From assembly GCA_965235115.1 (NCBI GenBank), contig OZ249440.1:35342001-35406000 (forward strand): DNA of 64,000 nucleotides. The letters are read 5' to 3'. Shown in pieces: positions 10,399 through 21,730 of this stretch. The notes beneath the pieces are model-generated. The model saw only the letters and a list, made by a program, of their open reading frames with translations. It made no database searches and had not been told where the DNA came from. A program made the translations under genes and the position numbers. This DNA is from Laetmonice hystrix (Eukaryota). Numbering within the stretch: the first letter of the stretch is position 1; every line of letters begins with the position of its first letter.

Positions 10399-12309
10399 CT
10401 AGCACTTCAGTTTTTCTGGCGTGTGCAATAAAGGTGCGAGTACAAAGCCCTCGTAGTATGCCAGACAAGCAACTTTCCGCTTCAGGTTCTTCAGATCAAG
10501 TAATCTCCTTTTAACTTTGGTTTCCAAAATTCGATGAGGGACATACGCAATGTTCAGAAGCTTGGAATCACATGGTTCCAGGAAAAAGCTTGTCATGTGA
10601 TGCAGCTTTAACATGTCACAGACAACTGTACCGTCTGGCCGTTTGTCTTTCACAAATACAAAACTGTTATTATCAAGAAGAAAGGTACTGTCTTTAAGAT
10701 GTGTTTTGTCAGGTATGTTGAAGGATGTGTTCCTGTTTTTGTCCACTTTACTTTGACAACTGTTGTCCAACTCCTCCAAACGTTTGAAGACTTGAGGAAT
10801 TGGATTTTGTGGTTTCCTGACACATTTCTTGAGTTTTTGCAAAAAGTTTTCAAAGTGGAAGGCACTGATCTCATTTAAGGAACATCCAAAATATTCCACG
10901 TCATCAGCAAGGTGGATGATACTATGTACATTATATACACAGAATGTGTCACCATAGAGATGTGCGCATTTCTGAACGAAGCGTATCAGAAGTTGACGGG
11001 CATAATCCACGTATGTTTGCCGTATTTCATCACACTGACACAGTAGGCCTAATATTGAGAGGGAAACAGTCAGCATGAGAAAATGTTTGTAGATATCATC
11101 TGGAACAATATTGCGTAAAACGAGCGGTCCAGTGTACAGTACAAATTGCCTAAACTCAGTGGCCTTCCACCTGTCCAGTTCTGTTAGAGACCTTGGCTGC
11201 CTGGCCATATCACATGGCATCTGCCCATTTAGTTCAATAAGTCGATCAGAAACCTGGTTGATCTGGCGATTTGATAGCCTACAGATAGGGGGGCCTCTTT
11301 TCAGGTACTGTAATATTCGTTTAACAACTCCAAGGCAAATCAAATGCATATATTCCAGCGGAAACTGATTGATACAGTCAATTCCAGCTCTTATAAGTGG
11401 GCTTTCTTGTGTCTGGTGATCTTCATATTGAAAACCATTGAATGCAGCTTCTGTTCGCAGGGGGTGAACGAAGTCACTGTGTAAAACAACACGTCCGTTC
11501 CATGCACCTTTGATTTCGCATCGTTCACAGCAGTAGTAACCGGTGTGACCTTTTATACATTTCAGAAACGCCCTTGCAGCAGCATCACACACAAAAGCTT
11601 TAAGAGATACAGAATATGTCTTCGATTGAAACGTAAGACCATTTTCTTTTAGCTGTTCATATTCTTGTAAAAAATCACTGAGATATTCCTCCACTAATTT
11701 CGGTTTCGTATTTCCAGAGTGGAGCGCGACAACGAAAGGGTTGAAGCTATGAAACGAGCAGAGAATTGGCCACAACTGCATACTCGAAGACTTGAACAGT
11801 GGCATCCCATCAACATTGACAAATAGGTCTATAGAGCTCTCATGAAAGGCTGTGGCATTTGTAAGTATTTTTTTTATTCCGCGTTCTATACCAAAATAGG
11901 CATACTGGTTACCAGACATGTCCACTGTCTGAACTTTGCGTGGAGTTTGAAACAATGTTCTTGCATCTTTGGGTAGTTCCGAATGTCCTTGTCCCTTCAA
12001 TATAAGGAGCAATTCATTCATACTATTATGGGCCACATTGTTTCTGGAGCCCCAAGCAGCTAATTCCTCACATAGACCTGGAAGGTAGGAACTGCTACTA
12101 TCAGTATCGCTGGATGGGGATGTCTCACATCCATAGTCATCTGATTCATCATGTTGATTTGCTCTGGCAGACAGTAAATCAGGAAAACTCAAGCTATTGT
12201 CATGACACTCTGATGGTTGGACTACATCATGTAATTCTTCGTCATCAGCTTCCCTTGCAAAATCATTGCCTTCAGCATGCAGACGTCTCCATAGCTTCAG
12301 GTACGCCAT
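10399..12309 (-). CDS. EnSpm/CACTA (CMC superfamily) transposase, ~636 aa
   Basis: Intact ORF with LPKDARTL, NVDGMPLFKSS (D1), LWPIL, CDAAARAF (D2), GYYCCERC, EYMHLICLGV, RWKATEFRQF, YNVHSIIHL and SAFHFENFL (E). First ATG at 12309. Confidence 0.88.
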   Translation of the reverse strand: MAYLKLWRRLHAEGNDFAREADDEELHDVVQPSECHDNSLSFPDLLSARANQHDESDDYGCETSPSSDTDSSSSYLPGLCEELAAWGSRNNVAHNSMNELLLILKGQGHSELPKDARTLFQTPRKVQTVDMSGNQYAYFGIERGIKKILTNATAFHESSIDLFVNVDGMPLFKSSSMQLWPILCSFHSFNPFVVALHSGNTKPKLVEEYLSDFLQEYEQLKENGLTFQSKTYSVSLKAFVCDAAARAFLKCIKGHTGYYCCERCEIKGAWNGRVVLHSDFVHPLRTEAAFNGFQYEDHQTQESPLIRAGIDCINQFPLEYMHLICLGVVKRILQYLKRGPPICRLSNRQINQVSDRLIELNGQMPCDMARQPRSLTELDRWKATEFRQFVLYTGPLVLRNIVPDDIYKHFLMLTVSLSILGLLCQCDEIRQTYVDYARQLLIRFVQKCAHLYGDTFCVYNVHSIIHLADDVEYFGCSLNEISAFHFENFLQKLKKCVRKPQNPIPQVFKRLEELDNSCQSKVDKNRNTSFNIPDKTHLKDSTFLLDNNSFVFVKDKRPDGTVVCDMLKLHHMTSFFLEPCDSKLLNIAYVPHRILETKVKRRLLDLKNLKRKVACLAYYEGFVLAPLLHTPEKLKC

Positions 12310-14265
12310 AAATTCTTCCAACTATTAAGTGCTACAAGTTGAATTGACCCAATTCAACTTGCTGGATAATTACTCTGTCACAAAAGAAAAAAAATCAAAT
12401 ACCGCCTGGTAAGTGAAAGTGAATGTCAAACCAAAACGGTTTTCCCTATTTAAAGCTGTCGTCAAATATCATCAATTTATTGTTTTTAGTACCTGAAATT
12501 GTACTAACTAGGAGAATTTATATTTTAAAAAAAAATTATTTTTTATATAGACTAATATTTAAAAATTCAGACAGTCTATAGGCAAGGTACTAGATAGATC
12601 TATGTTACGGCAAATTCTAAATTTTAGTGTACATAGGCCTATACTTTGATCATTTGAAATATAAAAATATGATCAATGTCCACCTTACCTGTCTTAATTC
12701 TTGAAAATAAGAGCGATTGCAAAGCTGGTCTGGTCCACGCTGGAGTCAACTCTGTTCCGATACAAGTAACATCAAATAAGTTACGCTAATTGGAAGAATT
12801 CTTAAAAATAAGGTTACAATTAAAATCCAGATGGATCCTGAAGGTAGGTGGCTGAGATTGGAATTCCAATCTCAACCGTCTCAGATCAGAATTCTAATAC
12901 TAGGGGCCTATATGTAGGCCCCTAGGCTATGTAGAATTATAATCTCTATCAACAATGGTATCCATAAATATATATTTAAAAAAAGAAGAGTAGGCCTATA
13001 TCAGTTCAAGTTCAGACACACGGCAAATTCTAAATTTTAGTGTACATAGGCCTATATATAAGTCTGCAAAAAAAAAAAAAACACAAAAAGGGGACATTTT
13101 TACCAAATACAGCGAATTTTACCGAATTGGACTCTTGAATTTTTTTTTTTTTTTTTTTTTGGGGGGGGGGGGGGGGGGCAGGCCCCACTGGGCCCCTATG
13201 GGCATGACGGCACTGGGTCGGGCCTGGCTTAGGAATCCCTCAACTTGGGAAAACCGCACTGTAGTTTGGTTTCACTTAATGATCTGCATGGTGTCCCAGA
13301 TGGCAAATTTCCGAATTTTCAATTTTCTAGAGCCAGGGGGGCAATCGCCCCATGCAATTTTTTTTTGTAAGCAGCAAATATGCTATAATAGTAGGGGGCC
13401 TAATGGTGGGTAGGCCTATAGCTCCCTGCATGCGACGAATCTGCGGTGAATCTGCGGCAGATCTTTGAAATTAGGCCTAAGATTTTTTCTCCCTCTCAAA
13501 GTGGCGAATCTGCGGAGAATCTTACCGTGACTATGAATGGATGGAAGTTTTTTTTGCTCAATGTGGCGAATATGACAAGGTTAATTTATGCAGCCGCCGC
13601 CAGGTGCCAGGTCATATGATCACATGATTAAAGGGCCTATCGAACGCTTCATCACTCGTGGTTATTTAATAGAAATTCATCGCAGCTTGACCGTTTTTGA
13701 TTTGGTACTAGACTCTATAGTAAAGTAATTAAAAAACACACATTTTCAAATGCGTTTTACTAAGAACTACCTTTTTTGCAGATTCGCCGGTTCGAGAAAA
13801 AACCGACGGCATGGACTATGGTTGAAATTACAATTCAGATGGATCCGATGTTGCAGTGTGAGCATGGATGCAGATCATGCTGGCTAATGCTGGCTTACAT
13901 CAGGCCTTGCCGTTTGACGGGCGCGATCGCGCTTGCGCCCCTAAGCGCCCGCAAAATCTGTTTCAGAAGCGCTGTTTATCGCGCCCCTCAACTTCACTGA
14001 CTGATGTGAACCCTCAGCCATGTCTGAGGCAACCTCAAAAACGCTCTCCGTCTCCTCCTTGTCCCCCAGTCATTAATGAGTCAATCATTTCCTATACGGC
14101 TCCCAGCACCTCTTTAGCTTATGCCAAACCTTACAATCTACCTGGTTTACCTGGAAATACCCAAACGTGGGGCATGGGCGATTTCTAGGGGAGTGATTTA
14201 GCTCTCCTCGGATAACCAAGGAGAGTGATGGATCGCTCCCGTAAAGATTTCAAACGGCAAGCACT

Positions 14266-14447
14266 GCTTACATTGTTGCAGTGTGAGTGTGGACGCTGGC
14301 TTACATTGTTGCAGTGTGAGTGTGCACGCTGGCTTACATTGTTGCAGTGTGAGTGTGCACGCTGGCTTACATTGTTGCAGTGTGAGTGTGCACGCTGGCT
14401 TACATTGTTGCAGTGTGAGTGTGCACGCTGGCTTACATTGTTGCAGT
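14266..14447. repeat. 33-bp minisatellite, 5.5 copies
   Basis: Unit GCTTACATTGTTGCAGTGTGAGTGTGCACGCTG, contiguous, no spacers. Confidence 0.95.
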
Positions 14448-15369
14448 ATCAGACTATGAACAAGGGCAGGCCCTTCCAGTTTGTTACAATGTTGCCTATT
14501 GCTCTACTCTAGTAGGTTAGATGTCCGGGGCATACGGCTAGAGTCTACACACTTCGCGGAAGTTGAGAGGGGGTGGGGAAGACCGGGACTGACTAGCCGA
14601 GCTAAAGATTTGGCAACTAGAGTCTAGCAGGTACCAGCCCATTTTTTTTGTGTCACAGTTGTGTTCATAAGTTCAAAGAAATGAGACAAAGCCAAGTAAA
14701 AGTTTACCCTAATGTGAAAAAAATATTTTGATGACACAAACACTTTTTTCCAAATGACCATAAAACCCCAGTTTCAAGCTTCTAAGAAAATCAAAATTAA
14801 TTTGCGATTTTACTACATTAAGGAAGCATAGACCTACTCATTTTTATGTTGTTTTGTTTATTACGTGTAGGCCTAAATGTTCCTGTTGATCTGCAATTTG
14901 CTATGGTAGTCTAGATGCTAAGATCTACTAGTCTACTACTAGATCTACTAGTATATCTACTAGATTCTAGGTCTAACGTGTTAGCCCTTCTCAGGCTTCT
15001 GCCTGGTGAGGCCTAGACTAGAGTAGACCGTATCCCTATCTAGTCTCGGCGTATAGACGAGCCGTTTCCATCAACAGTTTGTGATGCGCCAACCTATTGT
15101 CAATATTGATAATGATAACGTTAACTTAAAGACTTTTAAGTTCTACTAGGCTGGTCTAACATTTGTAGACTGTAGTAGCAGATCCCGCCCCAAGTAAGAC
15201 TAACAACAGTAACACTGGAACAGTAACGCACGTTAGAGTAACATAGCCTAGGCCAGCCCTAACGTTAGGGCTAGGACAGAGTTCTACCATGCTACCCGTA
15301 CGCCGTAGCGGTAGACTCTAGTCGGCGTAGATCATCATCATGTAGGCCCCCTAGTAGATCTACCGTTAA

Positions 15370-16598
15370 AGGAGACATCTAAGAGTTTTGACGCGTTTTG
15401 TGACTAACAAATACTAAGCGAATACTAACCTAAATCTTGGCCAAAAGTGTCTAGACGCCTTCCTTAGGTCCATGTGCAACCACAACCATATCATAAACAT
15501 GTTAAATTTCGTGTGTGAATGTTATTTTTTAACAAATAATACACGCCTCAACAGTCGCTTGCCATATGCATATTTCTAAAGGCCGCTGTCGGAATTCTGT
15601 AATGTGACGTCCTATACGCAACCTCACTTTGGTTCCGCAGCTTCAGCTGCATTGTTTACAGCACAGACCAACGAGATGAATAGAGCTCTAGACGCTATAA
15701 TCTATCTCATTGGCCCTGACTAAGTTATAGTCTGTGGTAGCAGGCAGAGATATGGTATGCTGTGTTGTTTATGGATGCTCAACACAAGCCAAAAACCGTG
15801 TGGGATGAGTTTCCACCACACTGCGTGTGAGCGTCAATCAGCACGGGTCCCGACTCCCGACCGACCGGTGACAGTATACGTAGTAGACATGGTTCCGTTG
15901 ATCATCCTAGATATCTCCGTCTCCGAGTGGGAATTCCGCAATCCCAATATGTGTAACTTTTAGAACGTTTAAATACTATTTCCAGTATTTAGATTGTCAA
16001 CTAAGAGGTACCGTACGCCTATGCTGGAAGGTACGTAGGCCTACCCAGACATCTCCGCCGGTTCCCTTCGCCGCCCGCACGGCACGGCACTGACAGTGAC
16101 AGTATCTCAGCTTCCCGGCGTCGAGGGCCCGAAGGCCCGGGCGAGTTAGTAGCCCAATAGCGGGCTTTCATTCTAGGTCCTGACAGCCCTGATCCTGTAT
16201 CTCGTGCCGTATTCTGCTGGAAATGTCAAGGGATTACGGGCGATCGATTTCTACTGAAAATTGTATTGCAAATATTTCTGGGGAAGACCGCTTGGACCCC
16301 CCCCCCCCTTTACGTCCGTCGGAAGAGCTTTCAAACACCTCTGGCTCTGTCAAACTTACTCCTCGTGCCCCATTTTTATTTACTCTCTCGAACAAGTAGG
16401 CTTGACAGGGTTGTTGCTGTCTTCAGACACGTTAAACATGTCAAACTTCTCTTCACGGTCGTGTCTAGCCTGTCTACTATAGGCTTAGCACGGCCTAGAA
16501 GCTACAGTGGGTTGCGTAAATTACGTCACGGCGGTCACGTGACTCAGCTCATTAAAAGTTGGCACCTTACCAAGTCGGAAAACTCTTAGATGTCTCCT
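15370..16598 (+). mobile_element. Non-autonomous Kolobok-type element
   Basis: TTAA|AGGAGACATCTAAGAGTTTT...AAAACTCTTAGATGTCTCCT|TTAA: perfect 20-bp TIR with AG termini. Contains a frameshifted THAP-like relic (MVCCVVYGCS.../GMSFH) near 15752-15820. Confidence 0.85.
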
Positions 16599-16694
16599 TT
16601 AACGTTAATTACCCTAGACTCTCCATTGATCTAGTCTAGAGTCAATAGCCGTCTAGATTTTATTGTTACAATATGATCAAATTCGAACTTACCG

Positions 16695-16890
16695 TCTTTT
16701 GATGCGCTGTATCTCGATACAATGTATTGAATGTGATGGCAATCGCTCCGCACTCCGCACTTTGCACAGACGCACGTCAAAAGAACGTGTCGTAAAAACG
16801 TCATTAATGCATTGTGACGAATAATTATTTCACGTCACATTTAACTATTGTTTCTAGCCATTGTTTCCATTGTGACGTCAAACAATAGCG
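16695..16890 (-). promoter_or_regulatory. Possible promoter and non-coding first exon of a minus-strand transcript
   Basis: Minus-strand donor ACG|GTAAGT near 16694, with CRE-like TGACGTCA (16873) and CACGTCA motifs upstream. No expression evidence. Confidence 0.3.
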
Positions 16891-18282
16891 CTACCAAGAT
16901 ACGGTCACAGCACGGCAAGTTGGGATCTGGCTAGCTCATCCAGTTCAACCCAGCCCATTTAAACGAATAAAATATGTTATTTTCTTGTTCTAGTTTATGC
17001 TATTGTGAAATATTAATCTTAATGTTTATTTATACTTGAATGTGTCAAAAATTTATTCTTATTTTTATAGGTTTTTATGCCTTTGTCTGATGTCACACAC
17101 ATGATAAGGAATTTCACACACACCTTGATTTCGCGCCTAACATCTGTCCTCTCTTTTAAAGAGAGGATCCATTCAATTTCTAGCTTGAAAGTTTCTGTGG
17201 TCTTGGTACCTTTCTAACTTACTCTAGTCACGAGGCCACGCATCCACTCAATTTATAGAATTTTTTTTACCCCTCCCGCCCGACCTAGAAAAATTTGAAG
17301 AGGTGGACGAAAGTAAACTAGCAATATCTTTTATATGGCCTAATATATAACTATAAGCTATTGAAATCTTACTTCGATAATGCACTGTCAATTAACAACT
17401 GACCAAAGTTATTCATGAATAAAAATATTTTCACCTTTGTAAAGTATGTCTACTGTTCTGTTTTATCAATGAAAAGTACTTACAATGTTGTGTGTCCCAG
17501 TATGTCTCATGTCACTATTAACTAGATCTAGATAAGTGACCTTCTATATTATATAGGCCTAGAATATACGACTTGACCTCCATATAGTATACCTACTCAA
17601 CAGTGAAAATAACCACTGAGGCCTATTATAGCCGGTAATGTTTTCGAAAGGCATTACTTAAACACGCGTTCCAATAGCAATATCAAGCACCATTTCAACC
17701 ATAACAGACTGAATTGGCCTATAGTTGATGATAGAGAAATCTAAAACAAAAGGAAAAACGGAGCCGGAGATCCCGGTGTATAGGCCGCACCGCCCGCTAT
17801 ACTTTTAACACCAGACCGACGTCCGCTGGCGCCTCCATCCCAAGACTTGAACAACGAAAGTTTTCTATACCCGGTATATAGGGGATCACAATAAACGTTT
17901 TTGAGAGAGTCCTTGCCTATAGACTATTGCGCGAATATAATTTAAACCCACCTCAAATCAAGCTATTTTATTGAAACACTATATAGACACTGACATAGTG
18001 GTGTCGTGCCCCTTGACTTCAGCAATGGATTTCGACACGTTTTTATGAATGTTTAATCTGAAAAAGTTGTTGATCATAACTACCCCCGGGGTACATAATA
18101 ATGATAATGACCGGGAGTATGTATTACTATTACTATTACATTGACCAGACCTGGGGTACAAAAATCCGGGAGTAGGTATTAGGTGGGAGGGCCGTACGCT
18201 CCCTAGAATTGCTGGGGGAGGGGGGAGGTATCCAGCGAGCGGCAGCCACTGTGAGCGGCATGCAGTTACTGTGAGAGGCTTG

Positions 18283-18406
18283 TTATCCCATCCCCTACGG
18301 AGGGGATGGGATTTAGAAATTGTGTGGTTTCGTCTTCTGTATTATTATCCCATCCCCTACGGAGGGGATGGGATTTAGAAATTGTGTGGTTTCGTCTTCT
18401 GTATTA
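18283..18406 (+). repeat. Two identical 62-bp Helentron 5' heads
   Basis: TTATCCCATCCCCTACGGAGGGGATGGGATTTAGAAATTGTGTGGTTTCGTCTTCTGTATTA at 18283 and 18345. Confidence 0.95.
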
Positions 18407-19380
18407 TTTTTGGCGTCGTAGTTGTAGTAGTAGTAGTAGTAGTAGTAGTAAACTTGTATGTCTATCTCAGTCAATTTTCAAAATATCGAAATGAAATTTG
18501 GCACACATCTTGACAATGACGAAGTATGGTCAGGCATCGAATCCTGACGTCATGTGACGTCACGTCATAACGTGATGACGTCAAACGTATTATGAAAATT
18601 GAAGCCATTTTTAAGCTCATATTGGGAATTTTTTTAAAAACCCGTCATGGCCTCATAATCGGCCATAGGTGCTGCCTCAATTTGAGTCTTGATTTGACCT
18701 TTGACCTTTGACCTTAGGGTGAACTGGGTCATTGGTCACAAATCAGTTAAATTGCTTCTCCTTTTCTATTTTTTGGTAAAATTCGACAATATTCGGCAGA
18801 AACACTCTCTAACGAAAGGTTCACAATACGATTCCAAGGATTAGCGATTTGACCTATTTTTACCGAACCACGTGACTTTGAAGTTTGTCACTTTTGACAT
18901 TTTTTTCTAAAACTGCTTTAGTCATATAGGAATCGTGTATTTGGTCAATAGATATGTGCTGCTATTGACGATTGATCACTTTGCATATTTCTTTTCATAA
19001 ATTTACCAATATCTTTTTTATTTATGATGAAATAATGTAATCTGACGTTGACAGGCTCTACCTTAAACCTGTTTAAGATAGCCATATACAAATACAACAA
19101 TTACAAAGTGTATAGATTCAGGTATACCACTGGCTGTTTAGTTCTTGTTTTGGAAAGGTAATATGGCCAGAATTGTAAGTTTTAATGGGTATAGTCTTCA
19201 CAATAATATTTTTGCCGTCTGACTGTTGGCATCTCTGAATACACAGATCTCCCACTGTGATGCGGCCGCCGGTCCCTGGCCAGGCCGGGAGAGAGTTACG
19301 TAAGTGCTGGTGATAAGGGCCGGCCGGCCGGCCTACTCCCCCTCCCTCCCAGTGAGGGAGGAATATGATTGTGTATTCAG

Positions 19381-19582
19381 GTTCTATCCCCCATGATAAC
19401 TTTCCACGAAATGTTTGGGCAGGGGTTAGGGTTAATATCAGGGATAGGGGTAGGGTAGGGATATGTTTTGGGGAGGTGTAGGAACTGGGGTTAGGGGTTA
19501 GGGGTTAGGGATAAGGTCAGGGCCATGAATCTTTCCTTTCCACCAAATTTCGTGGAGTTTAAGTTATCATGGGCGATATACC
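19381..19582. mobile_element. MULE-like MITE with 9-bp TSD and internal GGGTTA tracts
   Basis: TSD TGTATTCAG both sides; TIR GTTCTATCCCCCATGATAACTT / AAGTTATCATGGGCGATATACC. Empty sites visible near 59182 and 61931. Confidence 0.85.
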
Positions 19583-21690
19583 TGTATTCAGAACTGACTT
19601 AGCTGTGCCTTTGAACTGTAGGTGTAACTGCCTAATGCATTTGTTTTTGAATCTTATGTAGGAGAGCTGAATAAAACAATACTACTGATTGTTGGTTGTG
19701 GAGTTCAAGTGACACGACAAGCTTTTGGTCAGCTGCACTTGGTTTAGCCTGAGCCAACAGTCTGGTGTGGATGACATTCGCACCTATTGGTAAAGTTTCA
19801 TGATGTATGACTACGTGTTGGCTAAATGGCGAGAGATAGAAGTGAACGAACGGTGTGCACAGTAGACAGGTATGCAGTCGTCCTGGCGAGCAGCACACAC
19901 AATAGATGCAGCAATCACTTGAGCGGGTCTGCGGAAGGGAGAAGGGGAACGCTCTGTGAGAAATACTTAAGGACTGTTTATAGAAGAGGTACCTTCTCAG
20001 TCATATAACATGCCAGCCATAGGGCGGCAGCTCTCAATCAGAGGAGCCGGTCAGGGGGCGGTCAGTTAATTGGACGTGGGCCACCGGCCAATGACCAGTG
20101 ACCATCCTTTAAACTGGGACTGGGGCCAAAACGGGAACGAGGGGATATATGAGAGCACCAAGAGAGAGAGAGAGACTAGGGGAGAAGGAGCAGAGAAAGG
20201 ACAGAGATATAGATTTGTCTATGAGGAACATATAGACACTGACTGCCTAGTGACATATTGGTCGAAGCGGGACAACCGTGTGCCTCAGGAATAAAAGCTT
20301 CAAAACTCAAGCGACGACTCTACTACCAAGAAGCAATGTTAACAAGGGTGAAGAGAAAATTAGCACTGTAATTAGACACATTGAACTGTTATGTTATGAG
20401 GCTATCATTTTTGTATAATACTAAAATATATAGGAAAGCACTTTTCAGTGCACAAGTCAACTTGCCATGGGCAGATGCGCCCAGAAAAAAATGAGTGCCG
20501 GGCGGTAGTTTTCCGCTAGCAGCGAAGGCGCAAGGTTTTCAGTTGGCAAGGGGTGCAGATGGGGAGATATTTTTTCAGATGATAGGCCTGATAAAAATTC
20601 CTGCCGGGCAGCACTTAAACCATTTTAGTTTTGTGCCAGGCGGCTAAAATCGGTGCCGGGTGGCGCCGCCCGGCGCCGCCCGGCGTGGGCACATCCCTCT
20701 ATACCCCCACTCTTTCTTTTTGAAGAATTGACAAAAAATTATTGTTAGGCTAGCCACGGGTCCAGGATTTTCAGCAGAGGGGTCTCGGGAAATCTTAAAA
20801 AATTAAAAGCTCTTATAAAACGATTTTCCGCCTTTTAGGGCCATTTTAGGGCATTATATTTTGTGGATTCATCACTCAACTAGTTGAAAATAGCCGGAAT
20901 GCTTTGCACCTGTTCGTTCCGTGTTGAAGGGAAAAAGAATCTATGTTCTGGCGGAGAATGGGGTCTACCGACACGCGCCTTAAATACTTTGAGAAACTTT
21001 ACATCTATCTCCAGAAATAGCGTTTTTTGACCTTCTAAATTCCAGCAAAGAACCTCGATACCATATCGAGGTTCTCTGATTCAAGTCCCCGCCCACATGT
21101 TCGCCTCGCACCTCTGGTGCCCCTCCTTTTGTGCAGTGCTGGATCTGTGCATGCCTGCGGGAGGAGCATGACGTTATGATGTTATCATTATTTCTTCAGC
21201 CTATAACTTGTAAACGGTGCAAGATGGAGCCATGGTTACTATTGAACAGGAATAGGAAGTCATATACATTGTATGCTCTTTCAATTGACACCAAGATTTA
21301 TGATGTAATGTATCATTATTATGTCATAATGATGCCATTGACATCTTCGAAGGTTTCTAAATCCTAAACCATTCAAGATAGAGCAATGGTTACCATTTAA
21401 CCCTAATAGGAAGTCATATATGATCTTTCACTTGACATTTTTTTAGGTATTTTTCTCAGGGCTATAACTTGTAAATGGTAGAAGTTAGAGCTATAGTTAC
21501 TATTAAACAGTAATAGGAAGTCATATAGCCTACATGCTCTTTCATTTGAGACCAAGATTCATTACATAGTATGACGTGTCACCTCATAATTACGTCATTG
21601 GCATCTTCTAAAGCTTATAGGTCATTAACTGTGCAAGATCGAGCCATAGTTTACCCTACTCAGAACATGTCATATATCACGTGACTCCCC

Positions 21691-21730
21691 GGGGATGGGA
21701 TCAATTGTGGTATCGCCACAACGTGTCTAG
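21691..21730 (+). other. Helentron 3' terminus (subTIR, hairpin, CTAG)
   Basis: GGGGATGGGAT, TTGTGG-TATCG-CCACAA, CGTGTCTAG then TTTTT. Confidence 0.85.

Larger units (their letters stand above)
1..14500 (-). mobile_element. EnSpm/CACTA-type element (transposase plus DUF4806-like gene); termini not located
   Basis: Two co-oriented genes typical of this group. Repeated GAATCTGCGG (13437-13520) and TGTTGCAGTG motifs (13849-14447) resemble subterminal repeats. The left end probably lies outside the window; the right boundary is a guess. Confidence 0.5.
18407..21730 (+). mobile_element. Non-autonomous Helentron body, unit 1
   Basis: Starts TTTTTGGCGTCGTAGTTG(TAG)n and ends ...CGTGTCTAG. The first ~1.8 kb is nearly identical to sequence from 21731; the first ~0.85 kb to sequence from 60953. 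Confidence 0.85.

Noticed and set aside
14266..14447. 33-bp repeats of CRISPR-like length
   Set aside because: Units are contiguous with no unique spacers, there are no cas genes, and the context is eukaryotic.
16906..18275. CACAG...CTGTG as candidate EnSpm termini
   Set aside because: The inverted match extends only a few bases and there is no TSD.
19420..19520. GGGTTA runs as an interstitial telomere or chromosome-fusion scar
   Set aside because: Short, degenerate and enclosed by the TIRs and 9-bp TSD of a MITE.
19955..20345. Possible solo LTR (TG start, TATA-like box, GA tract, AATAAA, ...TTAACA end)
   Set aside because: No matching 4-6-bp TSD found for either candidate TG start, so it cannot be supported.
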